From positions 1 through 43,176 of IMG/VR virus record IMGVR_UViG_3300035544_000037: a DNA stretch of 43,176 bases; one strand, written 5' to 3'. The notes below the pieces were generated by a model. The model saw only the letters and a program-made list of their open reading frames with translations. It did no database searches and was not told where the DNA came from. Below are positions 27,127 to 36,017 of this stretch, in pieces (position 1 is the first letter of the stretch; each line of letters starts with the position of its first letter). A program made the position numbers and the translations under genes. Source of the stretch: an uncultured virus (IMG/VR IMGVR_UViG_3300035544_000037).

Positions 27127-28908
27127 GTGGTATTTATTGCTAAATGGAAAGGAAAATCTAAGATTGGAATGGATGCTAGAAAGTTGAAAGATGGAACTAT
27201 TAAGAAAAAGGGTGTAGCAATTAAATCACCTTATGCTCATAAAGAACTTTGTAAAAAAGTTAAAAACAAATTTGGCGGTAAGTGGAAGGCTAAAAAGAAA
27301 ATTTGGTCTTATCCATTAGAGATTGAAGTGGTAGATTATGCTACTGAAATTTGGGATAAGAAAGGCTTAACATTAGAAAAATCAGATTTATTAAAAGAAT
27401 GGTATGAGAAAAGAAAGATAGAAAGAGAAAATCTGCTAGTTAATAAAGATAGAAAAGAAGTCAAGCCAGAAGAACTTGATACTGAATTAGCTGATACCCT
27501 TTATGATTTTCAGAGAGTAGGTGTAAACTTTTTAACTGAAACTAAAGGTGCTATTTTAGGGGATGATATGGGATTGGGTAAGACCTTCCAATCATTAGCT
27601 ACTGTAGATAATATTAATGCTAGCTCTACTTTAATAGTTTGTCCTGCCTCACTTAAGTATAACTGGGCAGAAGAAATAGAGAAATGGTTGCCTAATAAAA
27701 CCTATACAATATTAGATGGTAGCAAAGAGAAAAGGATTGAGGCACTAGAAAATGATGTAGATTTTTACATTACTAATTATGCCAGCCTTAGAGAGAAAAG
27801 CAGAGCTAAGATTAATGGTAATTGGACTAAGGTTGATAATGAGTTGTTCAAAGCTATAAAAAATAAAAACTTTGAAGTGGCTATTTACGATGAAGCTCAC
27901 AAAATGAAGAACAGGAAGAGCCAACAAACCAAAGCCTTATACAAGATTACTAATGGTATTAAGAGGAACTACCTTCTAACTGGTACTCCAATTATGAATA
28001 CCCCAGAGGACTTATGGTCATTACTTCATATAATAGATAGGAAGAAGTTCAGTAGCTTTTGGAGATTTGTTCATAGATACTGTGAAGTTTGGGATAATGG
28101 ATTTGGGAAGGAAATTGGTAGTGCTAAAAACCCTAAAGAGTTTAGAGAGATGCTAAAACCTTATATGCTAAGAAGGTTGAAAGAAGAAGTAATTGAAGAT
28201 ATGCCTGAATTAACTAAGCAGAAAAGCTGGGTAGAACTAGAAGGTAAACAAAGTAAAATTTATCACCAAATGGAAGAAGATATGGTAGCAGAACTTTCTG
28301 AACAAGAAGAAATAAAAGCACCTATAATTATTTCTAAGATTATGAGGTTAAAACAAATTGCTGTTAGTGAACAACTATTAGCAGAAAAACCTTCTATTAA
28401 AAAGTTTAAGAAGTCTGCTAAAATTAAGGTTTTAAATGAGATTATAGATGACTCTGGTGACCAAAAGATAGTAGTTTTCACCCAATATCAATCAGCAGCT
28501 AAGTTAGTGGCTAAGATGTTAGATAAGGAAGGTATAGGCTATGGAATGATACATGGTGGAGTTAAGAATGAAGAAAGGCAGAAAGAAGTCAATAAATTCC
28601 AGGAAAATGATAATTGTAAGGTATTTGTAGCTACTATTAAAGCTGGTGGCCTGGGATTGACTTTAACTGCTGGTAGTATAGCTGTATTTTTAGATAAAGA
28701 CTGGACTAATGCTAATAATACTCAAGCTGTTGACCGATTACATCGATTGGGACAAGAAAAAAATGTGACTGTCATTGAGTTATTAGCTAAGGATAGCATA
28801 GAAGAATATATAGAAGAATTATTAGCAGAAAAACAAGAAACCTTTGACTCATTAATAGAAGGTAAGATAACTGGAAAAGAAATTCTACTAAATTTAAGGG
28901 GTGAGTAA
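27127..28908 (+). CDS. SNF2-family (SF2) helicase/ATPase
   Basis: DDMGLGKT, VCPASLKYNW..EI, DEAH, LTGTPIMN, MLRR.K, GLTLT, QAVDRLHRLGQ. Confidence 0.95.
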   Translation: MVFIAKWKGKSKIGMDARKLKDGTIKKKGVAIKSPYAHKELCKKVKNKFGGKWKAKKKIWSYPLEIEVVDYATEIWDKKGLTLEKSDLLKEWYEKRKIERENLLVNKDRKEVKPEELDTELADTLYDFQRVGVNFLTETKGAILGDDMGLGKTFQSLATVDNINASSTLIVCPASLKYNWAEEIEKWLPNKTYTILDGSKEKRIEALENDVDFYITNYASLREKSRAKINGNWTKVDNELFKAIKNKNFEVAIYDEAHKMKNRKSQQTKALYKITNGIKRNYLLTGTPIMNTPEDLWSLLHIIDRKKFSSFWRFVHRYCEVWDNGFGKEIGSAKNPKEFREMLKPYMLRRLKEEVIEDMPELTKQKSWVELEGKQSKIYHQMEEDMVAELSEQEEIKAPIIISKIMRLKQIAVSEQLLAEKPSIKKFKKSAKIKVLNEIIDDSGDQKIVVFTQYQSAAKLVAKMLDKEGIGYGMIHGGVKNEERQKEVNKFQENDNCKVFVATIKAGGLGLTLTAGSIAVFLDKDWTNANNTQAVDRLHRLGQEKNVTVIELLAKDSIEEYIEELLAEKQETFDSLIEGKITGKEILLNLRGE

Positions 28909-29371
28909 AGTGAGTAAAATTAAATATGTAAAATATGATAATATTGATCAAATTAATTTTGCTAATTTAGAAGATAAAATGATTGATGATGTTTGTGTAA
29001 TCTTAGGTGTAATAAATGACCAGTACTTTTTTAGGCTTACAAAAGTTAGTCATGATTTTAATGAAGGCAAATTTGCTTTTGTATCAATAAATAATAGTTC
29101 TTGTTACTATCATGGTTGGGGAACTCTTAAATCACAAATCAATACTTTTATGGAACAACTTCCTGGAGATAATAGTGAAATATTAGTTTTTAGTGATTTA
29201 CAAAATTATTTAGAATATCTATTAGAAGGTGTAAGGCAAAACCCTAATAAAAAGGCTTATAAAGGAATGTTAAATTTAATTGAAATGATTACTAATCAAA
29301 AAGACCTTGATGATAGCCTTAAATTGTCATCAATCTCTGAATTAATGAGGGGGTTTCACCTTAATGAGTGA
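28901..29371 (+). CDS. Hypothetical protein
   Basis: Coupled ORF with phage-like codon use. Confidence 0.65.
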   Translation: MSKVSKIKYVKYDNIDQINFANLEDKMIDDVCVILGVINDQYFFRLTKVSHDFNEGKFAFVSINNSSCYYHGWGTLKSQINTFMEQLPGDNSEILVFSDLQNYLEYLLEGVRQNPNKKAYKGMLNLIEMITNQKDLDDSLKLSSISELMRGFHLNE

Positions 29372-29588
29372 TAATATAACTACCATTTCAATAAAGCAAG
29401 ATATTATAACTACTGAAGATGGAGGTATAAAATTGACTCTAGACCCAATTTTAGATGAAAAACTGGGGGAAGATTGGAATGAAAAATTTAAAGTAGTTGA
29501 CTTGAATTTTAATATGATAGATGATAAAACTGATAAAGTTCATTATACAGTAGATTTAAAGGAGGTGAATCATAGTGAAAGCAATTAA
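29364..29588 (+). CDS. Hypothetical protein
   Basis: GAGGGGG RBS; coupled ORF. Confidence 0.65.
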   Translation: MSDNITTISIKQDIITTEDGGIKLTLDPILDEKLGEDWNEKFKVVDLNFNMIDDKTDKVHYTVDLKEVNHSESN

Positions 29589-29757
29589 AGATAAAGGGCT
29601 TGAAGAATTGGAATCATTCCAGAATAGAGTGTACAGACAAAAAGGCTTAGGTAGAATAAGCCATCAAGATTTTCTCAAACTTTCTGAACAAGTAGAAACT
29701 CTTATTGATAGTGTAAAAGAGATTGAGGAAAATGATAATAAACCATATGAGAAGTAG
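29575..29757 (+). CDS. Hypothetical protein
   Basis: AAGGAGGTGA RBS, GTG start. Confidence 0.7.
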   Translation: MKAIKDKGLEELESFQNRVYRQKGLGRISHQDFLKLSEQVETLIDSVKEIEENDNKPYEK

Positions 29758-29784
29758 GCTTTAGAAAGGAGGTGAGCTAATTTA

Positions 29785-29940
29785 ATGGGTTTTGATAGAG
29801 AAGATACTGTTGAAGGCAAAATAGATAGAGCTTTAAAGGCTGCTAAAGAAATTAGAGGTGATAGCAGAAGTCCTGGCAATATTAATGTAGTAATTAACAA
29901 TTTAGAAAGAGCTAAATTTTTATTGAAATTGAGGGGTTAG
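29785..29940 (+). CDS. 51-aa hypothetical protein, not in ORF track
   Basis: AAGGAGGTGA RBS; MGFDREDTVEGKIDRALKAAKEIRG...LLKLRG. Confidence 0.7.
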   Translation: MGFDREDTVEGKIDRALKAAKEIRGDSRSPGNINVVINNLERAKFLLKLRG

Positions 29941-30164
29941 GGGTGAGATAATTAATGGAAATTTTCAAAAAAGAAACAAAGGGATATAAATTTAGTGAAT
30001 TAGGTGAAAAAGCTCAAGAAACTGCTATGATTATGCACAGTTCATTATTAGGATTTGAAAGTGATATAGGTTATCCTGCTGAGCCAAGTAAAAAAGGCAT
30101 TGAATATTTGGATGATTTAGGAATTTATTTTACTGAAGATGGGGGTGAGATAATTAATGGAAAT
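29940..30164 (+). repeat. 23-bp perfect direct repeat GGGGTGAGATAATTAATGGAAAT at 29940-29962 and 30142-30164
   Basis: Read directly; each copy contains RBS plus start codon. Confidence 0.9.
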
Positions 30165-30173
30165 ATCTTATAG
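29955..30173 (+). CDS. Hypothetical protein between the direct repeats
   Basis: GGGGTGA RBS; YKFSEL.EKAQE.A and Y.FTEDG motifs. Confidence 0.7.
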   Translation: MEIFKKETKGYKFSELGEKAQETAMIMHSSLLGFESDIGYPAEPSKKGIEYLDDLGIYFTEDGGEIINGNIL

Positions 30174-31161
30174 TAGAATATCAACTATAAAAAGGTGCTT
30201 TAGAAAGTATCATTACAGATATGAAAAAGGGTTAAGAAGGATAGAACAAGCATCTCCACCAAGAATGGGAAGTATGGGTCATAAAGCCTTAGAAGAAAAG
30301 TGGAGAGGAAATGACTGGAGACAAGCTATCATAGACTACTGGAGAGAAGAAATGAATGGTATTCCAGAGCAGTTTATTGATGAAGAAAGTAAGGAAGAAA
30401 TTGAGCTTGTTACTAAGGTAGTAGAAAGATATTTTAATAAGTATGATTATTATAGAAGTCCAGATGAGAAAGATTTAATTGAGCCAGAGCTTAGATTTTC
30501 AGTAGAAATTCCTGGAACTGACAATAAATTAATGGGATATATGGATAAAGTTATAGAAGTTCCAAATGAAGGAATTTGGCTAATTGACCATAAGTTTACT
30601 ACTCAATCACCTAAAACTAAAACTGAACATTTAGAATTAAATGAACAGATTGATTATTATACTTGGGCTATGAGTCAGATGTTCCCTAACAAAACAATTA
30701 TGGGTGCTATCTGGAATGTTATTAGATTAGACTTACCAACAGTTCCTCAGCCTATTAAGTCTGGGAAAAGATTATCTAAGGCTAAGATGACTACTGATTA
30801 TGAAACTTATTATCAAGCTATTTTAGATAATGGTTTTGACCCAGAAGATTATGAAAAATATTTAACAAGGTTAAAACATGAAGATGATAAGTTTTTTAAA
30901 AGAGAATGGATAGATAGAGATGCTTATGAACTTAAAAACATTGAGAAAGAATTGGTAGCTATGTCTAATTTGATAGAACACATTGATAAGAATATCAGAA
31001 GTAGAAGTATGGGTCAATGTTCTTGGGACTGCCCTTATCAACAATTATGTTTAGTAGATAAAAAGGGTGGGGATAGTAAGGCTGTTATAGATGAATACTT
31101 TACTACCAGAGAACAAAGAGAACAGCAGGCAAGTGAAGACAATGGGAATAATCCTTTTTAG
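30157..31161 (+). CDS. PD-(D/E)XK exonuclease (Cas4/AddB/RecB-like)
   Basis: SYS.I....C, G...H..LE, E, GYMD, IDHK, Q...Y, C-terminal CSWDCPYQQLC. Confidence 0.88.
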   Translation: MEISYSRISTIKRCFRKYHYRYEKGLRRIEQASPPRMGSMGHKALEEKWRGNDWRQAIIDYWREEMNGIPEQFIDEESKEEIELVTKVVERYFNKYDYYRSPDEKDLIEPELRFSVEIPGTDNKLMGYMDKVIEVPNEGIWLIDHKFTTQSPKTKTEHLELNEQIDYYTWAMSQMFPNKTIMGAIWNVIRLDLPTVPQPIKSGKRLSKAKMTTDYETYYQAILDNGFDPEDYEKYLTRLKHEDDKFFKREWIDRDAYELKNIEKELVAMSNLIEHIDKNIRSRSMGQCSWDCPYQQLCLVDKKGGDSKAVIDEYFTTREQREQQASEDNGNNPF

Positions 31162-31245
31162 CTAAGGCTCATATAGGCTAAAGCTGGTTAGTTCCTTGGT
31201 TAAGAGAAAACTTTTTTGTTTATGAGCCTTTGTTTAGGAGGTAAT

Positions 31246-31389
31246 GTGTGTAAAACTTACAGAATTTGTATGGAATGTGGGTTTGTCTTTGAAGAAGAAT
31301 ACTTGGATAGTAAATTAGACCATAAGTGTCATAGATGTGGTAACAAGAGATTTAAGACTAGAGAAAATAATTTGGATTATTTAAAATAA
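31246..31389 (+). CDS. 47-aa zinc-ribbon protein, not in ORF track
   Basis: AGGAGG RBS; MCKTYRICMECGFVF...KCHRCGNKRF. Confidence 0.7.
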   Translation: MCKTYRICMECGFVFEEEYLDSKLDHKCHRCGNKRFKTRENNLDYLK

Positions 31390-31398
31390 TTTCAAATT

Positions 31399-31443
31399 AA
31401 AAGAAGGACTTTCATGATTGATATAGAATATATTATATAGAGG
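31399..31443 (+). promoter_or_regulatory. Repeated intergenic motif, SigH-like promoter (copy 1)
   Basis: AGGA(31405)-17 bp-GAAT(31426); aligns without gaps to 40414-40458. Confidence 0.6.
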
Positions 31444-31453
31444 TGAGAATAAA

Positions 31454-31921
31454 ATGGAAAATAGAAATTGGCACTTGAAAGGAAAAGAATTCAAAGACCA
31501 TTATTCATTCGAAATAATCAATTCAGGCATTAAGATTGTATGTGAAAAAACAGAGTATGAAACTGTTAAGAAAAAGGCTGAGTTGATAGCAGCTGCTCCA
31601 AAAATGGAAATATTATTAGCTGAAACAATACCTTATTTAAAATATAAGACTAGGAAACAAAGATTAAAACAGAGAAGAAAATTAATAGAATTTTTAAATG
31701 AAAATTTAGGGAAGGATAGCAAAAATGAATTCTTTGACCTTTTTAAAATTACTTGTAAAAAATGTTCAACTGAATTTTTAGATATAGAAACTGGAGAATT
31801 TATTTCTGTTGGATTGGCACAATTTGAATGCCCTTCTTGCAATACAATTAATTATGGTGATGAAGAAGTTGAATTTATTTGTCACACAGATTTGAAAGAA
31901 GGTGTTAATAATGGAAACTAA
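31454..31921 (+). CDS. Hypothetical protein with A.LIAAAP motif and C-terminal zinc ribbon
   Basis: KAELIAAAPKM (common phage motif); CKKC...CPSC. Confidence 0.7.
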   Translation: MENRNWHLKGKEFKDHYSFEIINSGIKIVCEKTEYETVKKKAELIAAAPKMEILLAETIPYLKYKTRKQRLKQRRKLIEFLNENLGKDSKNEFFDLFKITCKKCSTEFLDIETGEFISVGLAQFECPSCNTINYGDEEVEFICHTDLKEGVNNGN

Positions 31922-32096
31922 TATATTGATAGTTGTTTGTCCTGAGTGCAACTCAGATTTGATACAAAAGGATTTTATGATTGGGCAAGATATAAAAATA
32001 TTTACTGGGTTTAAATGCTTAGATTGCAATCATGAATTTAATAAAAAAGAAGCAGTTTTTGAAGAAGTATCAGATGGTGTGATTTGCCATGAGTAA
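31911..32096 (+). CDS. Zinc-ribbon protein
   Basis: CPEC...CLDC; GAAGGTG RBS. Confidence 0.7.
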   Translation: METNILIVVCPECNSDLIQKDFMIGQDIKIFTGFKCLDCNHEFNKKEAVFEEVSDGVICHE

Positions 32097-32286
32097 TTAT
32101 ATTGAGGGAAATAAAAATACTGTATTTGACCATGGCAATTTTAAAAAAGAAAAATATGAGTTAATGGAAGAAACTTTAGATGATATAGCTGCTAATGCTT
32201 ATGGGTTGTTTGATGAAAAAGCTATGAATTATGTTCAAGAAACCTTAGATGAGATACAGAACTTAAAGGAGGGTGAAGATGAATAG
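32089..32286 (+). CDS. Hypothetical protein
   Basis: Coupled ORF. Confidence 0.6.
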   Translation: MSNYIEGNKNTVFDHGNFKKEKYELMEETLDDIAANAYGLFDEKAMNYVQETLDEIQNLKEGEDE

Positions 32287-32425
32287 AGCAGAAAGAAGAA
32301 GAAAACAAAGGGAAAAGGCAAAAGAACTTTTGTATGATGAATTTAACAAAGAAAATTATCCAAAGCTATCAAGGCAAGAAAGAAAGACTTTGGCTAATGA
32401 TAAGGCAAAGGAGGTGATTAACTAA
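32279..32425 (+). CDS. 48-aa basic protein, not in ORF track
   Basis: GAGGGTGA RBS; MNRAERRRKQREKAKELLYDEF...; TAATG coupling to next gene. Confidence 0.7.
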   Translation: MNRAERRRKQREKAKELLYDEFNKENYPKLSRQERKTLANDKAKEVIN

Positions 32426-33144
32426 TGGATGTAGAAAAAGAAATGCATGATATGGAGAAAGAATTTAAGGATATGAAACCTACTTTTGCTATCTATGGTG
32501 ATGTTGGTGTAGGCAAGACTACTTTTACTTCTTATGCTCCCAACCCACTTTTAATTGATGCTGAAGGTGGTAGAGCAAGTATTGCTAAAACTCCTAATAG
32601 TCCAAAAATACTTGAACCAGAAAATCTTTCAGACTTGGGTGACATTTATATATGGCTTAAAGCTAATCAAGATAAATTTGATTCAGTTATTATTGATACT
32701 TTAAGTGAAGTAGAGAAATGGGCTGTTGAGGAAAGTTTAAGAAATGCTGTTAAGAAAGACCCAACCAAAAGCAAGGACTTAGCTACCATGATTAATTATA
32801 AAGAAGGTAGCACAAGAACTTCCAGAATAGCTAGAATGTTTAGAGGGTTGGATATGTATGTGTTCTTCTTACTACATGAAAGAAGTGATAAGGATGAGAA
32901 CACAGGAGCAGTCAAACTTGGGCCAAAATTAATGCCTTCTGTTATGTCTGACCTTAATGGATTTACTGACTTTATCTTTCATGTAGATATTGATAATGAT
33001 GGTAATAGAGTTATCAGAACTTCTCCAAGTAGAAAAGTTAGAGCTAAACACAGGATTGGAAAATTACCTGATGTTATTAATTTAGGAAATGACTTTGAAG
33101 ACTTTAGAGTAGATACAGTCTTGGAAATGATAGAAAACTCTTAA
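32425..33144 (+). CDS. Sak4-like/AAA_24 P-loop ATPase (recombination/annealing)
   Basis: IYGDVGVGKTT, LIDAEGG, VIIDTLS, HE, AKHR motifs; between exonuclease and SSB. Confidence 0.85.
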   Translation: MDVEKEMHDMEKEFKDMKPTFAIYGDVGVGKTTFTSYAPNPLLIDAEGGRASIAKTPNSPKILEPENLSDLGDIYIWLKANQDKFDSVIIDTLSEVEKWAVEESLRNAVKKDPTKSKDLATMINYKEGSTRTSRIARMFRGLDMYVFFLLHERSDKDENTGAVKLGPKLMPSVMSDLNGFTDFIFHVDIDNDGNRVIRTSPSRKVRAKHRIGKLPDVINLGNDFEDFRVDTVLEMIENS

Positions 33145-33219
33145 TAGTAATCATTCCTATTAAGCAAGTCTTAGTAAAAAGAACTAATACACTATATAAT
33201 ATTATATTTATTAAAAAAT

Positions 33220-33248
33220 TTGCTAAAGTATGTATAGTGTAGTACAAT
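33220..33248 (+). promoter_or_regulatory. SigA-type promoter upstream of SSB gene
   Basis: TTGCTA-17 bp-TACAAT in AT-rich intergenic region. Confidence 0.6.
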
Positions 33249-33287
33249 AATAGAATAATTATAAATTCTTTAAGGAGGAATTTAAAA

Positions 33288-33740
33288 ATGATTGATATTA
33301 ACAAAATTAAGGAACAGTATGAAGAAGAAAACCAGAATAGTGATTTTGAGACATTACCTGTTGGTGAGTATAACTGCTTTGTTTATGAATTAGAAGGTAA
33401 GATGAGTAGTAATGATAACCCTATGATTTCAATTACTCTTAAGGTAGCTAGTGGAGAATATGAAAATCGTAGATTATGGACTAATGTAACATTAATTCCA
33501 AAGGCTTGGTTTAAGGTAGAAGAATTTTTTGAAGCTATTGAATATGATATGGATAATCTACCTGAATCAGCAGAAACTCCGCAGGAAATAGTATCAGCTA
33601 TTCAAGATGATGTTCTTGGTACTAAGGTAAATGCTGTAGTTAATCATAGAACTTGGCAAGGTAAAGAACAAGAAAATGTTAAAAAATTAAAACCTTTCCT
33701 ACCAATTGGAGATAGTGAAGATGAAAGTACTCCATTTTAA
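33288..33740 (+). CDS. Single-stranded DNA-binding protein (DUF669-like)
   Basis: FETLP.GEY, S....PM, G.Y..R.LW motifs; acidic tail ending PF. Confidence 0.85.
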   Translation: MIDINKIKEQYEEENQNSDFETLPVGEYNCFVYELEGKMSSNDNPMISITLKVASGEYENRRLWTNVTLIPKAWFKVEEFFEAIEYDMDNLPESAETPQEIVSAIQDDVLGTKVNAVVNHRTWQGKEQENVKKLKPFLPIGDSEDESTPF

Positions 33741-33780
33741 TTATTGATTAATAGCTTATTTTTTTTCTAAACTAAAAATT

Positions 33781-33879
33781 CCCCCTCCCGTAAGAATATT
33801 GAAAGGGGTATTACTACTTTTTATTTAGCTTAGGGTAGAGATACCCTCTTGTGTGAAAGTGCGGGAGGGGGTTTTTCTT
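33781..33879 (+). other. Extended GC-rich stem-loop (candidate structured RNA/terminator/origin element)
   Basis: Three stacked helices with several G-U pairs, followed by TTTTTCTT. Confidence 0.65.
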
Positions 33880-33903
33880 AAAAAGTTAGAAAGAGGTGAA
33901 GAA

Positions 33904-34299
33904 ATGAAGTTTAAAAAATTTAAAATATGGGATAAAAAGGAAAAAGAGTTTTTAGAATTGAATTATGATGTAGTTTTGGAGTTTGATGATGAAGGGTATA
34001 AAATTAGGTATTGGCCACTTTATTCTGATAGTAGAAGTTGGGGTGGAAAAGAAAGATTTGAATTGTTAGATTATGTAGGATTGGAAGATAAAAATGGTGA
34101 AGAGATTTATGAGAACTTTCTATTGAAATTTAAAGGTGAAGTTCACAAGGTTATTTATCTTAATTCTGTAGCAACTTATGCCTTAGATAATACTGAAACT
34201 AGGGTGATTAGGGATTTTAATAAATCAATAGCCATTCAATCTGAAATAGTAGGTCATGATTTTGAAGAAGGGGTAGTATATGATACTAATAAAAGATGA
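33904..34299 (+). CDS. yopX: YopX-family protein
   Basis: KF..WDK, Y.GL.DKNG.EIYE, EIVG motifs; ATG after GAGGTGA (track start 33853 lies inside the hairpin). Confidence 0.85.
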   Translation: MKFKKFKIWDKKEKEFLELNYDVVLEFDDEGYKIRYWPLYSDSRSWGGKERFELLDYVGLEDKNGEEIYENFLLKFKGEVHKVIYLNSVATYALDNTETRVIRDFNKSIAIQSEIVGHDFEEGVVYDTNKR

Positions 34300-34513
34300 A
34301 AATTCTAAAAAAGCTAGAATAGTTGATTTATTAATTGGTGATACATTTAGATGGGGTAAAAGTAATTATATCTTGGTAGATAGTACTGACCCAGTATTTG
34401 ATGTTGATTTTCAAGGTGATTATATAGCTTTTAATTTAAACCATTGGTCAATAGAAAATCTACCAGATGATATTATGGTAGAAGTAACTCACTTTAAGAT
34501 GGAGGAAGTCTAA
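34280..34513 (+). CDS. Hypothetical protein (SH3-like)
   Basis: DL.IGDTF motif. Confidence 0.65.
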   Translation: MILIKDENSKKARIVDLLIGDTFRWGKSNYILVDSTDPVFDVDFQGDYIAFNLNHWSIENLPDDIMVEVTHFKMEEV

Positions 34514-34848
34514 TGAAAAATATTTTTGAATTAGCACAAGAAGTTCCTTTTGAGGCAGAGCTTAAACATGATATGTTGACTGATAAATTTAGTGAAGTTG
34601 AAAAGCTTCATAAAGGTGAAACTATCTTTATTACTCAAATAGATATTGATATAACTATGGAATGGTTTTATAATATAGAAAGGTTAGTCATAAATGGAAT
34701 AGTAAAGAGAGTCATTACTAATAAGGATTATGACCCTCCTTGTATAAAAGACCAATTTAGAGGTTATATGCTTGAAGAAAGAAATTTTGATTTTAGTGTT
34801 CATTTACCAAATGGTATTGATATTTCAGAATTTATGGAGGTGTTATAA
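34513..34848 (+). CDS. Hypothetical protein
   Basis: GGAGG RBS, TAATG coupling. Confidence 0.7.
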   Translation: MKNIFELAQEVPFEAELKHDMLTDKFSEVEKLHKGETIFITQIDIDITMEWFYNIERLVINGIVKRVITNKDYDPPCIKDQFRGYMLEERNFDFSVHLPNGIDISEFMEVL

Positions 34849-35100
34849 ATGAAAAGAAAAGAAGTAATTAATGAGCTATCAAGAATTAGAAGATTGATTA
34901 AACCTGGAACAGAAATAAAAGAATTCAAAAATAAAATTGATGATTTGATATGTAATTTAAAATTTACTGGTAGTGATAGTCCACCTGAAATAAATGTAAC
35001 AGTTAATGTTAATTATCCATTAGATTCAGAAGGTTTTGAAAAGGCAGTAGAGAAAGTAATTCATAAAGTCAATTGGATGAGGGAAATGGGGAGGCTATAA
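34849..35100 (+). CDS. Hypothetical protein
   Basis: GGAGGTG RBS. Confidence 0.7.
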   Translation: MKRKEVINELSRIRRLIKPGTEIKEFKNKIDDLICNLKFTGSDSPPEINVTVNVNYPLDSEGFEKAVEKVIHKVNWMREMGRL

Positions 35101-35101
35101 A

Positions 35102-35521
35102 ATGGACTTTTCAGACAAATCAATTTATGACTATTGTGACTATTGTGGCCAAGAAGTTTTAGTTCAAGCTAATGAATCAGGGAGGATATTATGTGATTTG
35201 TGCGAATCACATGAAAGGGATAAGGCTGATATTTATGATAATTGTAATGAACAAAATTCCAATCTACAAGAAGATGATTATATAACTTATTTGAATATTG
35301 ATGAAATTATGGAAAGTGTTGAAGAATGTATGGATGAGAAAACAAAGAGGAGCTTTGAGGAATTTAGAAGTCAAGATATTGATATGTGTTATGCTCACAA
35401 AGATATACTCCATATATGTGAAAGCATTCCAGAAGATGCAAACAAAAAAGAGTTAAATAAGGCTATTGAAGAAATTATGGATATAGCATTACAAAATTCA
35501 ATGTTTTGGAGGGAGGAATAA
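35102..35521 (+). CDS. Hypothetical protein with N-terminal zinc finger
   Basis: CDYC...CDLC; GGAGG RBS. Confidence 0.7.
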   Translation: MDFSDKSIYDYCDYCGQEVLVQANESGRILCDLCESHERDKADIYDNCNEQNSNLQEDDYITYLNIDEIMESVEECMDEKTKRSFEEFRSQDIDMCYAHKDILHICESIPEDANKKELNKAIEEIMDIALQNSMFWREE

Positions 35522-35522
35522 A

Positions 35523-36014
35523 ATGGATTTGCAAAAAGGTGATTTAGTTATTTATGATGGTGATGAATATGTAGTTCATGAACTTCCTGAATTAAGAACT
35601 AAAATTAGAATAACTAATGGTAAATTTGGAAAATGGGTCAATACAAGTGAAGTAGAAAGAATTTATAAGTTTAGAGAAGGTGAAAGGGCTTATTATAAAC
35701 AACCAAATGGAGATATAAAGGATTGTATTGTAGAAAAGGTATTAAAGAAAAAGAAAAATATTCCTAAAAATGAATATTTAATTTGGGTAGAAAATGAGAA
35801 TGCTTATTTTATAAGATATGAAACTGATTTATTAAAGAGAAAAAACTTTGATGACTTAGAAGAAGGTGATTCATTTTTTCTTCCATCTGGTGAAAAGATA
35901 AGGATGTTAAAAATTGAGTTTGATGATTATGAGGGTATTTATAAATGTTTAATTGGAAGGCAGCATGGGGAAATTCAACTTGTCAACAAAGATAAATTGA
36001 AAGGTTGGGTGTAA
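35523..36014 (+). CDS. Tandem SH3/KOW-like repeat protein
   Basis: Three units starting LQKGDLV, FREGERA, LEEGDSF. Confidence 0.65.
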   Translation: MDLQKGDLVIYDGDEYVVHELPELRTKIRITNGKFGKWVNTSEVERIYKFREGERAYYKQPNGDIKDCIVEKVLKKKKNIPKNEYLIWVENENAYFIRYETDLLKRKNFDDLEEGDSFFLPSGEKIRMLKIEFDDYEGIYKCLIGRQHGEIQLVNKDKLKGWV

Positions 36015-36017
36015 ATC

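Noticed and set aside
30157..31161. CRISPR-Cas system suggested by a Cas4-like nuclease
   Set aside because: No repeat-spacer array or other cas genes; context with Sak4-like ATPase and SSB indicates recombination
33781..33879. tRNA or SRP RNA
   Set aside because: Unbranched hairpin with no cloverleaf, T-loop or SRP domain IV tetraloop motif
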